The notes below the pieces were generated by a model, which was not told the DNA's origin, made no database searches, and saw only the letters and a list, made by a program, of their open reading frames with translations. The position numbers and the translations under genes are program-made. Positions 26,813-37,322 of a stretch of 64,000 nt of DNA are shown piece by piece. Each line of letters opens with the position of its first letter. Positions within the stretch are counted from its first letter, which is position 1. The stretch spans positions 960,001 to 1,024,000 of the forward strand of contig OZ241855.1 of the NCBI GenBank assembly GCA_965202785.1, read 5' to 3'. The DNA comes from Thermodesulfobacteriota bacterium. Lineage in GTDB: Bacteria > Desulfobacterota_D > UBA1144 > Nemesobacterales > Nemesobacteraceae.

Positions 26813-29251
26813 ATGGACAAGAAAAGTCTAAGCGAACGTGATATCTGCACCAAGTTCATCACGCCGGCGCTCAGAAAGGCCGGGTGGGACGAGATGTTGC
26901 AAATCCGCGAGGAGGTCAGTTTCACTAAGGGCCGCATCATTGTTCGCGGCAAGCTAGTCAGTCGCGGCAAGCGCAAGCGTGCTGATTACGTACTCTATTA
27001 CAAGCCCAACATTCCTATTGCGCTGATTGAGGCAAAGGACAACTCACACGCCATCGGCGACGGCATCCAGCAGGGACTGGATTATGCCGAGACACTACAT
27101 ATTCCCTTTGTATTTTCTTCTAACGGAGACGGCTTTGTGTTCCACGACCGCACGGGAGCAGGCGCCGAAAGGGAGATCACTCTTGGCCTTGACGACTTCC
27201 CTTCGCCCAGTTGCTTATGGGAGCGCTTCTGCGCTTGGAAGAAACTTACACCCGAGGCGGAAGAGATTGTCCTTCAGGACTATTTTGACGACGGGGGACG
27301 TAAAGTGCCGCGCTACTACCAGGTTAATGCAGTCAATGCCACTATTGAGGCTATTGCCAAGGGACAAAAACGGATACTGTTGGTCATGGCGACGGGGACG
27401 GGCAAAACCTATACCGCTTTTCAGATCATCTGGCGTCTTTGGAAAGCGCGGCGTAAGAAACGAATCCTTTTTCTGGCTGACCGCAATGTCCTGATTGATC
27501 AGACCATGGTTAACGACTTTCGGTCTTTCGGACCGGCGATGGCCAAGCTCTCGACAAAATCTAAAACTATAAGCCGCGTTGGGGATTTCTCAGAAGACCT
27601 GACCACTGCCATTGATGGCAAGCATCGCATTGATAAATCATATGAAATTTATCTCGGCCTCTATCAGGCAATCACCGGGCCGGAAGAATCACAAAAGATC
27701 TATCGCGAGTTCTCGCCCGAGTTTTTCGACCTTATTGTGATTGACGAGTGCCATCGCGGCAGCGCGGCAGAAGATTCCGCCTGGCGTGAAATTTTGGATT
27801 ATTTCACGTCGGCTACCCAGATCGGTCTCACAGCCACGCCAAAGGAAACGGAATATGTTTCCAACATTAATTACTTCGGCGAACCTGTCTACTCTTATTC
27901 TCTGAAACAGGGCATTCTGGACGGGTTCCTCGCTCCCTATAAGGTCATCAAAATCCATATTGATCGCGACGTGGAAGGCTACAGACCTGAGAGGGGGCAA
28001 TTGGACCGCTATGGCAAAGAGGTTGAAGACAAGGTCTACGACACTAGAGATTTTGACCATACTCTTGTTCTGGACGACCGGACGAAGCTGGTTGCGCGCA
28101 GGGTTACCGAATTCCTGAAAGAGAGTCGCGATCGCTTCCAGAAGGCAATCATCTTCTGTGTTGATCAGGAGCACGCAGGTCGCATGCGCCAGGCACTTAT
28201 CAATGAGAATGCTGACTTGGTGGATGAAAATCACCGCTATGTCATGCGCATTACAGGTAGCGACGCCGAGGGCTTGGACCATCTGGACGAGTTTATTGAC
28301 CCGTATTCAAAATACCCTGTGCTGGTTACCACCTCGCGATTGCTGTCCACCGGCGTTGATGTGCAGACTTGCCGACTTATCGTGCTTGACCGCGAAGTCG
28401 GTTCTATGACCGAATTCAAGCAGATCGTCGGTCGCGGAACCCGTGTGCACGAAGACACCAGCAAGTTCTATTTTACCCTGATGGATTTCCGGGGCGCGAC
28501 AGTTCATTTCGCCGACCCTGATTTTGACGGCGAACCTGTGCAGATTTACCAGCCGGGCGAAAATGAACCAGTAATTCCACCCGAAGGCGACGCTAATGAT
28601 ATCGTTCTGCACGAACCGGGTGAAGACGATTCAGTTATTGACACATTGCATCCCGATATCATTCTCCCGAGCGATGGCAGTAGTGTGCGCAAGATTTATG
28701 TGGACGGGGTCGGGGCAACCATAATTGCCGAGAGGGTAGAGTATCTTGACGAGAACGGCAGACTGATCACCGAATCTCTGCGCGACTTCACGAAAAGGGC
28801 ACTGAAGAGGCGCTTCGCCAGCTTGGAGGATTTTCTGAAACGCTGGAATTCGGCGGAGCGCAAACAGGCAATTATTGATGAGTTGGAGGCCGAGGGTCTG
28901 CCACTTGATCTTATTGCCAAGGAACTGGGGAAAGATATAGATCCCTTTGATCTGATCTGTCATATCGCCTTTGATGCTAGGCCTTTGACTCGACACGAGC
29001 GGGCGGAGAACGTCAAGAGGCTTAACCTTCTGAGCAAATACGGCGACCGTGCCCGAGCCGTGTTGGATGCGCTTTTGGCCAAATATGCCGACGAGGGTTT
29101 TCTCAATATTGACGACGTCACCGTGTTGCGCATTTCGCCTTTCAATGAACTAGGCACCCCCGTTCAGCTTATCGGAGCCTTCGGCGGGAAGGACGGCTTC
29201 TCCGAGGCTGTCCACGAACTCCAGTCCGCCATCTATCAGGAGACAGCTTGA
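26813..29251 (+). CDS. hsdR: Type I restriction enzyme R subunit (EcoAI/EcoEI-like)
   Basis: ADYVL..IEAK nuclease motif, MATGTGKT, DECHR, TATP, QIVGRGTR, EcoEI-like C-terminus. Confidence 0.95.
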   Translation: MDKKSLSERDICTKFITPALRKAGWDEMLQIREEVSFTKGRIIVRGKLVSRGKRKRADYVLYYKPNIPIALIEAKDNSHAIGDGIQQGLDYAETLHIPFVFSSNGDGFVFHDRTGAGAEREITLGLDDFPSPSCLWERFCAWKKLTPEAEEIVLQDYFDDGGRKVPRYYQVNAVNATIEAIAKGQKRILLVMATGTGKTYTAFQIIWRLWKARRKKRILFLADRNVLIDQTMVNDFRSFGPAMAKLSTKSKTISRVGDFSEDLTTAIDGKHRIDKSYEIYLGLYQAITGPEESQKIYREFSPEFFDLIVIDECHRGSAAEDSAWREILDYFTSATQIGLTATPKETEYVSNINYFGEPVYSYSLKQGILDGFLAPYKVIKIHIDRDVEGYRPERGQLDRYGKEVEDKVYDTRDFDHTLVLDDRTKLVARRVTEFLKESRDRFQKAIIFCVDQEHAGRMRQALINENADLVDENHRYVMRITGSDAEGLDHLDEFIDPYSKYPVLVTTSRLLSTGVDVQTCRLIVLDREVGSMTEFKQIVGRGTRVHEDTSKFYFTLMDFRGATVHFADPDFDGEPVQIYQPGENEPVIPPEGDANDIVLHEPGEDDSVIDTLHPDIILPSDGSSVRKIYVDGVGATIIAERVEYLDENGRLITESLRDFTKRALKRRFASLEDFLKRWNSAERKQAIIDELEAEGLPLDLIAKELGKDIDPFDLICHIAFDARPLTRHERAENVKRLNLLSKYGDRARAVLDALLAKYADEGFLNIDDVTVLRISPFNELGTPVQLIGAFGGKDGFSEAVHELQSAIYQETA

Positions 29252-29253
29252 GC

Positions 29254-30711
29254 ATGTCTGTTCGCAATCTTGTCAAATCCATTCAGAACATCATGCGTCA
29301 GGATGCTGGAATTGACGGCGATGCCCAGCGTATCAGCCAGTTGTGCTGGATGTTTTTCCTCAAGATCATTGACGATCAAGACAGAGAACTGGAACTGATG
29401 CGAAGTGATTACGTCTCACCGATTCCGGAGGCCTACCGGTGGCGCGTATGGGCGGCGGATCCTGAGGGTGTCACGGGCGAGGCCCTACTTGCTTTTGTAA
29501 ACAACGATCTGTTTCCAGTTCTTAAGGATCTTCGTACTACAGGACTGCAAGGCAATCGGTGCCGCGTCGTCCGAGATGTGTTTGAAGATGCTAACAACTA
29601 CATGAAATCCGGTCAGTTGATGCGTCAAGTAGTCAACAAGATCAATGAAGTTGATTTCAACGACCTGAGTGAGCGTCAGCATTTTGGCGATATTTACGAA
29701 CAGATTCTCAATGATTTGCAGTCGGCAGGCGATGCAGGAGAATACTATACTCCCCGAGCTGTTACTGCATTTATGGTGGATCGCATCGATCCGAAACCGG
29801 GTGAGACACTGTTTGACCCCGCCTGCGGCACCGGAGGTTTTCTGACCTGTTCTTTGCGCCACATGCGCAAACACTACGTCAAAAAGCCCAAAGACGAGAG
29901 GGTCATGCAGTCTGCTCTCCGCGCTGTTGAAAAGAAACCGCTTCCACATATGCTCTGCGTTACCAACATGCTTTTGCATGACATTGAGGATCCGGGCTTC
30001 GTCCGTCACGATAACACCCTAGCTCGACCCTATGTCAGTTGGGAGCAGAAAGACCGTGTGGATATTGTACTTACCAATCCACCGTTCGGCGGCAAGGAGG
30101 AAAATGGCATTGAAAGCAACTTCCCCCAGCATTTTCGGACCAAAGAAACGGCAGACCTGTTTCTTGCCCTTATAGTGCGCCTTTTAAAACCTGGCGGACG
30201 TGCCGCAGTGGTTCTGCCGAATGGTTCGCTGTTCGGCGAGGGCGTAAAAACTCGTCTTAAGAAACATTTAATGGAAGAGTGCAACCTCCACACTATTGTG
30301 CGCCTACCCGATTCCGTGTTCCGCCCTTACGCTCACATCGGCACCAATCTGCTGTTTTTTGAGAAAGGGGTGCCGACTGGCGACATCTGGTATTGGGAAC
30401 ATTGCGTGCCTGAGGGACAGAAAGCTTATTCCATGACGAAGCCGATCCTGTTGAAACACCTACAAGACTGCATTGACTGGTGGGGTGGGGCTAAGCGCAA
30501 GGATCGCAAAGAGACGGAATGTTCATGGAGGATAACAGCGGATGAGGTCAAAGAGAGTGGTTACAACCTAGATATCAAGAATCCACGTACAGAGAATAAT
30601 TATTACGGTGATCCTGAAGAGCTTTTGGCAAATTTGTCTATTGCCGAGACCGAGGCAATATCTTTGCGTGATCAGCTAAAGACAGTATTGGCGGAGGCGC
30701 TGAAACGATGA
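29254..30711 (+). CDS. hsdM: Type I R-M methyltransferase (N6-adenine)
   Basis: GEYYTPR, DPACGTGGFL, NPPF. Confidence 0.96.
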   Translation: MSVRNLVKSIQNIMRQDAGIDGDAQRISQLCWMFFLKIIDDQDRELELMRSDYVSPIPEAYRWRVWAADPEGVTGEALLAFVNNDLFPVLKDLRTTGLQGNRCRVVRDVFEDANNYMKSGQLMRQVVNKINEVDFNDLSERQHFGDIYEQILNDLQSAGDAGEYYTPRAVTAFMVDRIDPKPGETLFDPACGTGGFLTCSLRHMRKHYVKKPKDERVMQSALRAVEKKPLPHMLCVTNMLLHDIEDPGFVRHDNTLARPYVSWEQKDRVDIVLTNPPFGGKEENGIESNFPQHFRTKETADLFLALIVRLLKPGGRAAVVLPNGSLFGEGVKTRLKKHLMEECNLHTIVRLPDSVFRPYAHIGTNLLFFEKGVPTGDIWYWEHCVPEGQKAYSMTKPILLKHLQDCIDWWGGAKRKDRKETECSWRITADEVKESGYNLDIKNPRTENNYYGDPEELLANLSIAETEAISLRDQLKTVLAEALKR

Positions 30712-32423
30712 ACGCCGATCAGTTGCTGGACTATTACGAACAAATTGCCGATGCTCCTGGTGCCATCTCACGGTTGCGGCAGTTCGTAATGGATTTAGCG
30801 GTGCGTGGAAGGCTTGTAGAACAAGATCCCAATGATGAACCGGCATCGGAGTTATTAAAACGGATTGAATTGGAGAAGAAACGGTTAGTTGAAGTCGGGG
30901 AAATTAAAAAAAACAAGGCCAAATCAGTCAAAATGGTTGAAGTGGGTCCCGAACCATTCATAATTCCGCCTTCGTGGTGCTGGGTTCGATTTGCCTATAT
31001 TGCCGACTTTTCGGCAGGGAGAACTCCATCTCGAAATGAGCCAACTTTCTGGAATACTGGAGATTTTCCTTGGATCAGTATTTCCGACATTAATGACGGA
31101 GGTATAGTTGTAGAGACAAAGGAGACGATTAGTCAACTCGCGGCTCAGAAGGTGTTTAAGTCGCAACCTTCTGCTTTAGGCACAATTATAATGAGTTTCA
31201 AGTTAACAATCGGAAAAATAGCTCGATTGGGAATGGCCGCTTACCACAACGAAGCTATCATCTCGATCCGTCCGTTCAACACTGAAACAGGAGAATACCT
31301 TATGCGAGTTCTTCCTGAATTTGCCCGTCGAGGTGACACTAAAGGAGCGGTCAAAGGGGCGACACTCAATCAAAGTAGCATCTCAAACATTCTTATTCCC
31401 TTCCCGCCTTTAGCTGAACAATACCGCATCGTTGAGAAAGTCGATGAACTGATGTTGCTATGCGGTTGGTTAGAGTCTAAACGGTCAGAGCGAGAAGTGA
31501 TACGGGCCCGGCTTGCAGAGATGAGTCTTGGTCGCCTTAATGTGTCCAATACTAACCCGACTGTTTTTCAGAATCACGTCACTTTTGTCCTTGACAACCT
31601 CGTCCCACTTACTACCCACCCTAGGCAGATCAAGCTTCTGCGCCAGACAATTCTTAACCTTGCTATGTGCGGCAAATTGGTAGAACAAGATTCCAATGAT
31701 GAACCGGCATCGGAGTTATTAAAACGGATTGAATTGGAGAAGAAACGGTTAGTTGAAGTCGGGGAAATTAAGAAAAACAGGGCCAAATCAGTCAAAATGG
31801 TCAAACCAGATCAAGATCTTCCTAGATCATGGAAGTGGGTAGCACTTAGCACTGTTTTTCTGTATGACGCTGGAATCAAGCAGGAACCGAAAGCTTTGTC
31901 TCCAAACATGTGGTTGCTGGAACTTGAAGACATTGAGAAAGATACAGGGCGGTTACTGACTCGTGTTCAGGCATCTGAGCGGAAATCGAAGAGTACCAAA
32001 TCAGAATTTCGTGTTGGAGATATTCTTTATGGGAAGTTAAGACCCTATCTTAACAAGACGTTAGTTGCGGATGAACCTGGATATTCAACAACAGAGATAG
32101 TTGCTCTTCGTTCTTATTTGCCGCTGTGTTCAGAGTACTGTGCCTTAGCACTACGTCGATCGGATTTTGTGAACTACGTAACCAATCTAGGTCAGGGAAC
32201 AAAAATGCCGCGTCTCCGCACGAAAGATGCCCTTGTGGCACCATTCCCTCTTCCCCCATTAGCCGAACAATACCGCATCGTTACCAAAGTTAATGAATTG
32301 ATGACACTATGTGACCAACTGGAAGTTAGCCTATCTACTTGCAATGACACTCGCTGTCAACTGCTTGACATCCTGTTGGACAAGAGTCTGAAGTCGGCTG
32401 CAAATCAAGAGAAAGTTGCATGA
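30708..32423 (+). CDS. hsdS: Type I R-M specificity subunit with two TRDs
   Basis: Duplicated conserved blocks LVEQDxNDEPASELL and PPLAEQYRIV flank two variable regions; ATGA overlap with hsdM. Confidence 0.95.
   Translation: MNADQLLDYYEQIADAPGAISRLRQFVMDLAVRGRLVEQDPNDEPASELLKRIELEKKRLVEVGEIKKNKAKSVKMVEVGPEPFIIPPSWCWVRFAYIADFSAGRTPSRNEPTFWNTGDFPWISISDINDGGIVVETKETISQLAAQKVFKSQPSALGTIIMSFKLTIGKIARLGMAAYHNEAIISIRPFNTETGEYLMRVLPEFARRGDTKGAVKGATLNQSSISNILIPFPPLAEQYRIVEKVDELMLLCGWLESKRSEREVIRARLAEMSLGRLNVSNTNPTVFQNHVTFVLDNLVPLTTHPRQIKLLRQTILNLAMCGKLVEQDSNDEPASELLKRIELEKKRLVEVGEIKKNRAKSVKMVKPDQDLPRSWKWVALSTVFLYDAGIKQEPKALSPNMWLLELEDIEKDTGRLLTRVQASERKSKSTKSEFRVGDILYGKLRPYLNKTLVADEPGYSTTEIVALRSYLPLCSEYCALALRRSDFVNYVTNLGQGTKMPRLRTKDALVAPFPLPPLAEQYRIVTKVNELMTLCDQLEVSLSTCNDTRCQLLDILLDKSLKSAANQEKVA
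30816..31801 (+). repeat. 122-bp direct repeat pair inside hsdS (30816-30937 and 31680-31801)
   Basis: Direct comparison gives 3 mismatches in 122 nt; the offset is 864 bp, which is in frame. Confidence 0.95.
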
Positions 32424-32597
32424 TTGGAATCAAACCCAGAGGGTAGCGGAAACTGCCTTGGCTGTGATAATCGGGTTTCAGCGTAGAACTATTTTAGGCT
32501 GGTTCTGTCTTCAATTACCCCTCCCCTGGTTGCATTTTTGTGTATAATCACACCGGCATTTTCTGTCAACAGGGTCTCTTGGGTTTTTCTCAGAACT

Positions 32598-33353
32598 ATG
32601 TTAAAAAAAGTCACAAAAAAGATCAAGAAACATCTTTTCGGTATTCCTCGAAGCGAGTCTACGCCGGAAGCTACGGACGAACACCTTAAGATTATGGACA
32701 CGTGCTCAAAGTACACTATGACTTCAAGGAGTCGTCAGTGGGCGTTAATACAGTCGGTCGAATGGATAGCGAATAACAACATAGAAGGCGACATAGTTGA
32801 GTGCGGAGTGTGGAAAGGAGGAAATCTGATACTTTGCGGTCTGATGCTTAAGAGCCTGAATCTTGATAGATTAATATGGGGGTATGACACTTTTACCGGG
32901 ATGAGTGAACCAACCGAGGACGACTACTTGATAGGCAATCCCGGGTCAAAGAATTCTTCGTTCACAAGGGACAAATGGTTGGCCAAACAGAAGTCGCAGG
33001 GAATAACGGACTGGAACTATGTGGCAAAGGATGAAGTCGCAAGCAGTTTCAGCAAGGAGGTTGGTACGGACAACCTCAAATTAATCAGCGGCAAAGTTGA
33101 AGACACTCTCACGGTAGAAAACAATCTTCCTGAGAAAATCTCAATTTTGAGGTTGGATACGGATTGGTACGAAAGTACGAAAGTGGAGCTTGAAGTTCTG
33201 TTTCCTCGTCTTCAAAAGGGAGGCGTGCTTATAATCGATGATTATGGGCGCTGGGCGGGGTCCAGGAAAGCTGTTGATGAGTTCTTCGAGGGATACGGAT
33301 TTGTATGGCTGCACCGCGTTAGTAAAAGTTGCAGGCTTTATGTCAATCAGTAG
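32598..33353 (+). CDS. TylF/MycF/NovP-family O-methyltransferase
   Basis: GDIVECGVWKGG, YDTFTGM, LRLDTDWYEST, IIDDYG. Confidence 0.92.
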   Translation: MLKKVTKKIKKHLFGIPRSESTPEATDEHLKIMDTCSKYTMTSRSRQWALIQSVEWIANNNIEGDIVECGVWKGGNLILCGLMLKSLNLDRLIWGYDTFTGMSEPTEDDYLIGNPGSKNSSFTRDKWLAKQKSQGITDWNYVAKDEVASSFSKEVGTDNLKLISGKVEDTLTVENNLPEKISILRLDTDWYESTKVELEVLFPRLQKGGVLIIDDYGRWAGSRKAVDEFFEGYGFVWLHRVSKSCRLYVNQ

Positions 33354-33560
33354 TTTCGTTCTTTTTTGAATATTTTTTCTTGTTAGGCAATTTTTGCGGC
33401 ATGTATTGCTTTATTGTAAGGAGAATTAATCAAACGGAAAGAAAAAATTCCCGTAAACCGCCTAAAAACATGGCCTGTTTTTGTCGCCGATATGCCGGAC
33501 TTAATGGACCCATGCCGGGTACTGTTGACGCTTTTATTTAACTTCAAGGGGGACTAATTT

Positions 33561-34307
33561 TTGGGTCTTAAGAGTTTTGTTAAACGTAAAGTTTATTTTG
33601 CTAGGATTTGGGCTAGAAAGCAGAGATTTTTTCCCAAAAACAACATTGCACAACCTGGGGAATTAGAATGGCTAATCGAGACTGAGGCAAAATATGGGGG
33701 ATACATACGAGGTTTGCAACGTAAGGTTATAAGTGACCACCATGACTCGCATGGAAGGGCTAAGCTCTTTCGTCGATTTCTGCAGGGTGGGGATCGCATG
33801 TTGTATCATGGTTACGGAAAGAAGTATGCGGAGTATCTGGCCCCCTTTGTTTCCAGCTGTTTCTCCCGCACTGTTACCCTTATAGAACTTGGTATCTTAA
33901 GGGGAACGGGTCTTGCTATCTGGTGTGACCTGTTTAAAAATGGACGTATAGTAGGTCTTGATATTGATCTTGAATACTTCAGTGCGAATGTTGGCAACTT
34001 AAGACGCTTAGGCGCTTTTATACACAACTACCCGGAGTTGTATTATTTTGATCAGTATAAAAGCAATGGCGAATACCTGAGAAGTATTCTGGGAAATGAC
34101 AGGATCGATATTTTTATCGATGATGGTATTCATGATTCCGAGGCTATCATGAATACCATGAAATGCGTTGTTCCTTACCTCTCTGATCAATTCGTATATT
34201 TTGTTGAAGACAACAAGGATGTACATTCGCAGATTCGCCAAAACTATCCGGATTTCACCGTAGCCAGCTATGGTCGCCTTACGGTTATTACGGGAAATTC
34301 CAGTTAA
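33561..34307 (+). CDS. Putative class I SAM-dependent (sugar O-)methyltransferase
   Basis: LIELGILRG, VGLDID, IFIDDGIH, YFVED. Confidence 0.7.
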   Translation: MGLKSFVKRKVYFARIWARKQRFFPKNNIAQPGELEWLIETEAKYGGYIRGLQRKVISDHHDSHGRAKLFRRFLQGGDRMLYHGYGKKYAEYLAPFVSSCFSRTVTLIELGILRGTGLAIWCDLFKNGRIVGLDIDLEYFSANVGNLRRLGAFIHNYPELYYFDQYKSNGEYLRSILGNDRIDIFIDDGIHDSEAIMNTMKCVVPYLSDQFVYFVEDNKDVHSQIRQNYPDFTVASYGRLTVITGNSS

Positions 34308-34444
34308 TAACGCGGTTCTGGATAACTCTGTAAAAAATTGACTCCGGCAAGGGGAACATGCCCGGTCGCCCTAATCGCAACTTCATTTGACAAGTGCAGA
34401 TATAAGTCAGTTGTCCTATTTCACGGGGCGAAAGTCCAGGAAAT

Positions 34445-35788
34445 TCACTTAATAGGATCTTGCGGTTTCTGTGAAATAGGGGGGGTGGCTCTATGGCGGA
34501 TCCTGTTAAACGTAAACAAGGAAAACACAAGTATTAAAATTGCAGGTACGAGTCTTGATGCGGCGGCTCCGTTATAGGAGTACTCCTGAACCAACACCAA
34601 AAGCACTGCTACATAAGACATAGAGGACAGAGCGACCCTAATCACTCTTTGTCTCAGTCTGTTAAGTGCCAGTTCTGCTGAATCAATCCAGAAACAAAGA
34701 CCCAATAAGACTTCAGAAATGACAATTAGTTGCAGAGCCAATGTGGCGGGTTCGTATGCACTACCGAAGAAAATCGTAATGATTTTGTCCGCGAACAGAA
34801 AAAATATTAGCCCAATCGGCAGGAAAACTTTCAGAAGATTTTTAGTAGAATAGGAAACAATCTCGCTGAAAGCTTCTTTTGAAGCACGACTTTGCGCAGC
34901 CACAAGGGCTGGATATATGGTGTCTTGTACGGGTTTTCGCAATTTTACGCTTACGCCGGAAAAGATTATTGCTACTCTGTATAATCCAACTGCCTCTTTG
35001 CTTGTAAAATGTCCTAGAATCAGCACGGGAATCTGCCTGCTGAAAGCATTGCTAAGAAAACCGGTAAAAGTTGAAACAAGAACAAACGAGCGAACTTCTT
35101 CAAAAGTAACTCCCAAATCTTTGACTTTGGCGGCTGTCCATCTTTTTAACCCCGATTGCCTGAGAACTCTGAGCACCTCTACCTGAAGCATCAGGAAGAA
35201 CACAAAAGCTGCTACCACGTAGCAGACAAAAACTCCTTCTATTCCGAATCCAGCAAGAAGGGAAGCCGCTATCAGGACAACTCTTAATCCGGTACGGGAA
35301 GTTCTCACAAAGGCTATAGTCTTGAACCTGTCAAAGACCCTGAGAACCGCTTCCGAACTCTTATTGACGCTTGATACTAAGATGCTTGCTGAATAAATGA
35401 GCGTGAATTTGAACGTGTTCTCAGAGTGGATAAAGAGGTCGTCTGCCACTCCGGCGAGAACAAGGCACACTCCTAGGGCTGCAATGCCCACTAGGAAATC
35501 AAGCACGTAAAAAAACTTGATGAACGAGAGGACTTTGTCCTTTTCTCCGAGTTCTCGGTACTGTCCGACATACCTTACGACGGCATCGGGGGACCTCAGG
35601 TCGATTAGTCCGTTGATTATGCCGACGTAAGCTATTATCAGGGTGAAGAGACCTAACTGTTCAACCCCTAGAAAACGGGCGATTAGTATGGGTTCGGCTG
35701 CCGAGAAAAGAGAAGCTGCCATGCTTCCACTGAAAAGCCAAGACGCGTTTTTGAAAAGGTTTCTTGTTGAATTGCCCGAGGCCGGCAT
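34445..35788 (-). CDS. Wzx-like oligosaccharide flippase
   Basis: About 12 TM helices; ILIARFLGVEQLG, VGLYRVA, FFGSAYEPA. Confidence 0.85.
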   Translation of the reverse strand: MPASGNSTRNLFKNASWLFSGSMAASLFSAAEPILIARFLGVEQLGLFTLIIAYVGIINGLIDLRSPDAVVRYVGQYRELGEKDKVLSFIKFFYVLDFLVGIAALGVCLVLAGVADDLFIHSENTFKFTLIYSASILVSSVNKSSEAVLRVFDRFKTIAFVRTSRTGLRVVLIAASLLAGFGIEGVFVCYVVAAFVFFLMLQVEVLRVLRQSGLKRWTAAKVKDLGVTFEEVRSFVLVSTFTGFLSNAFSRQIPVLILGHFTSKEAVGLYRVAIIFSGVSVKLRKPVQDTIYPALVAAQSRASKEAFSEIVSYSTKNLLKVFLPIGLIFFLFADKIITIFFGSAYEPATLALQLIVISEVLLGLCFWIDSAELALNRLRQRVIRVALSSMSYVAVLLVLVQEYSYNGAAASRLVPAILILVFSLFTFNRIRHRATPPISQKPQDPIK

Positions 35789-35859
35789 ATGAAAAGTTCC
35801 GTCTAGGAGAGTAAAACACCGTGCGATATAACTTGATTTATTCTACCTGAATAGGTGTG

Positions 35860-36975
35860 CTATCTCCGCTTCTCTAGGATTTCTCTAAATATTTTAAGGT
35901 TTTCCTCAGTCATTTTTTCGACGCTTAATTTCCCCACTCGTTTTTTTGCCTCTTCACCCATTTTCGCTGCGAGAGTCCTGTTCTGAAGCAACTTCAAAAC
36001 GGCTTCTGCCATCTTTTCCGGGGTTCCGACCGGAACGAGAATTCCGCTTTTTCCATTTTCGATAATTTCTCTTGCCCCGAAATCGTGATCGGTGCTTACG
36101 ACCGGAAGTCCTAAGGCAAGAGCTTCTAGCAGTGAGTTTGAAAACCCCTCAAACAGCGAGGAGCAGATAAAAATATTGCATCTTGCGGCATACTTGTGGG
36201 GATTGAGAACGGAACCGGTAAAGTCGATTTTGTCTCCCATGTCAAATTCTTTTGCTGTGGATACGATCTTGCTTTTCAGCGGTCCGTCGCCTACAAGAAG
36301 AAGCCTGAGCGGAGTAACATCGTTTACTGCGCTTACTGCTTTCACCAGGTTTTCATATCCCTTTGATGGAAACAGTCTTCCCACCGCCGCTGCCACAGGG
36401 ATTTCCTCATCGAACCACCGGTGCTCTGCTTCTTCCGTAGATAGCTTCTCTATGCGTTCTATGTCCACACCGTTTTGAACTGTCCGCATTCTCTCTCCGA
36501 CTCCTAGCTGTGCAAGGCTTTTTCTTCCTCCATTCGAAAGCACTATTACCATATCCGCCATTCTGTAGCAGAAGACCTTGGCAAATCCGATTGCGTTTCT
36601 GACGATAGGAGGCCAGCGTTTGAGACTTTCCTTTATGTTGCTAACTTCAACCGCAACGGTCTTGATTCCGAGAATCCTGCCCGCAAAGACCACTGCTGGT
36701 TTTGTTGTCCAGAACCTGCTGTAGAGAATGTCGGGCTCTTTTTGTTTAGCGGTTTTGTAGACGAAACGGAATCGTGAAAGAAAATTCGCGTTAGAATTAT
36801 AAGAAATGATCTTAACCCCGCTTGAGATCTGGGAAGTCATATCCATCTTTTTATCGGTAAGCAGAATCGTAACTTCGCACCCCTTGCGGGCAAACCCGTT
36901 GGCAAGCTCTATGGTCTGCTTTTCGGAACCCCCTCCCCCGAGATTAAGACGGGGAGCTACGATCATTATTTTCAC
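35860..36975 (-). CDS. GT4 glycosyltransferase
   Basis: GGSE N-terminal motif, VGRL, EGFSNSLLEALALGLPVV (Ex7E). Confidence 0.92.
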   Translation of the reverse strand: MKIMIVAPRLNLGGGGSEKQTIELANGFARKGCEVTILLTDKKMDMTSQISSGVKIISYNSNANFLSRFRFVYKTAKQKEPDILYSRFWTTKPAVVFAGRILGIKTVAVEVSNIKESLKRWPPIVRNAIGFAKVFCYRMADMVIVLSNGGRKSLAQLGVGERMRTVQNGVDIERIEKLSTEEAEHRWFDEEIPVAAAVGRLFPSKGYENLVKAVSAVNDVTPLRLLLVGDGPLKSKIVSTAKEFDMGDKIDFTGSVLNPHKYAARCNIFICSSLFEGFSNSLLEALALGLPVVSTDHDFGAREIIENGKSGILVPVGTPEKMAEAVLKLLQNRTLAAKMGEEAKKRVGKLSVEKMTEENLKIFREILEKRR

Positions 36976-37322
36976 TTCTGCGCATACCTCACTGGTGTCT
37001 TAAGGTTTCTATGGTGTCCGGCACGCGCTTTTTTTGCAAGCGGTATGCTGAAAAGATTTGCATGGGGGTGGAGAGTGCGGCGGTAGCCGACACGGACAAC
37101 AGACTTTTCCGGTGATATGTCAAGCGGTGACTGGAAGGATAAGAAGCATGGCTCATTTCCGCCGGCCGGCTTGAGGTGACCGGACTAAGAGTTGTGCATT
37201 TGAAAAAGCCTGAGGCTTTCCCTGACAAGGAACGAACAGGCTTGGGCCGGTTCAAGTTTTTGAGTGCCGAATTTGACAATAACTTCAGGTTCAAACAGTA
37301 TAAGTGCGGCGTGGGGAGAAAG

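Noticed and set aside
30906-30913. A8 tract in hsdS (and A9 in the UvrD gene at 15677-15685) as phase-variation switches
   Set aside because: The tracts are short, in frame and encode Lys runs; similar A/T runs are common throughout the window.
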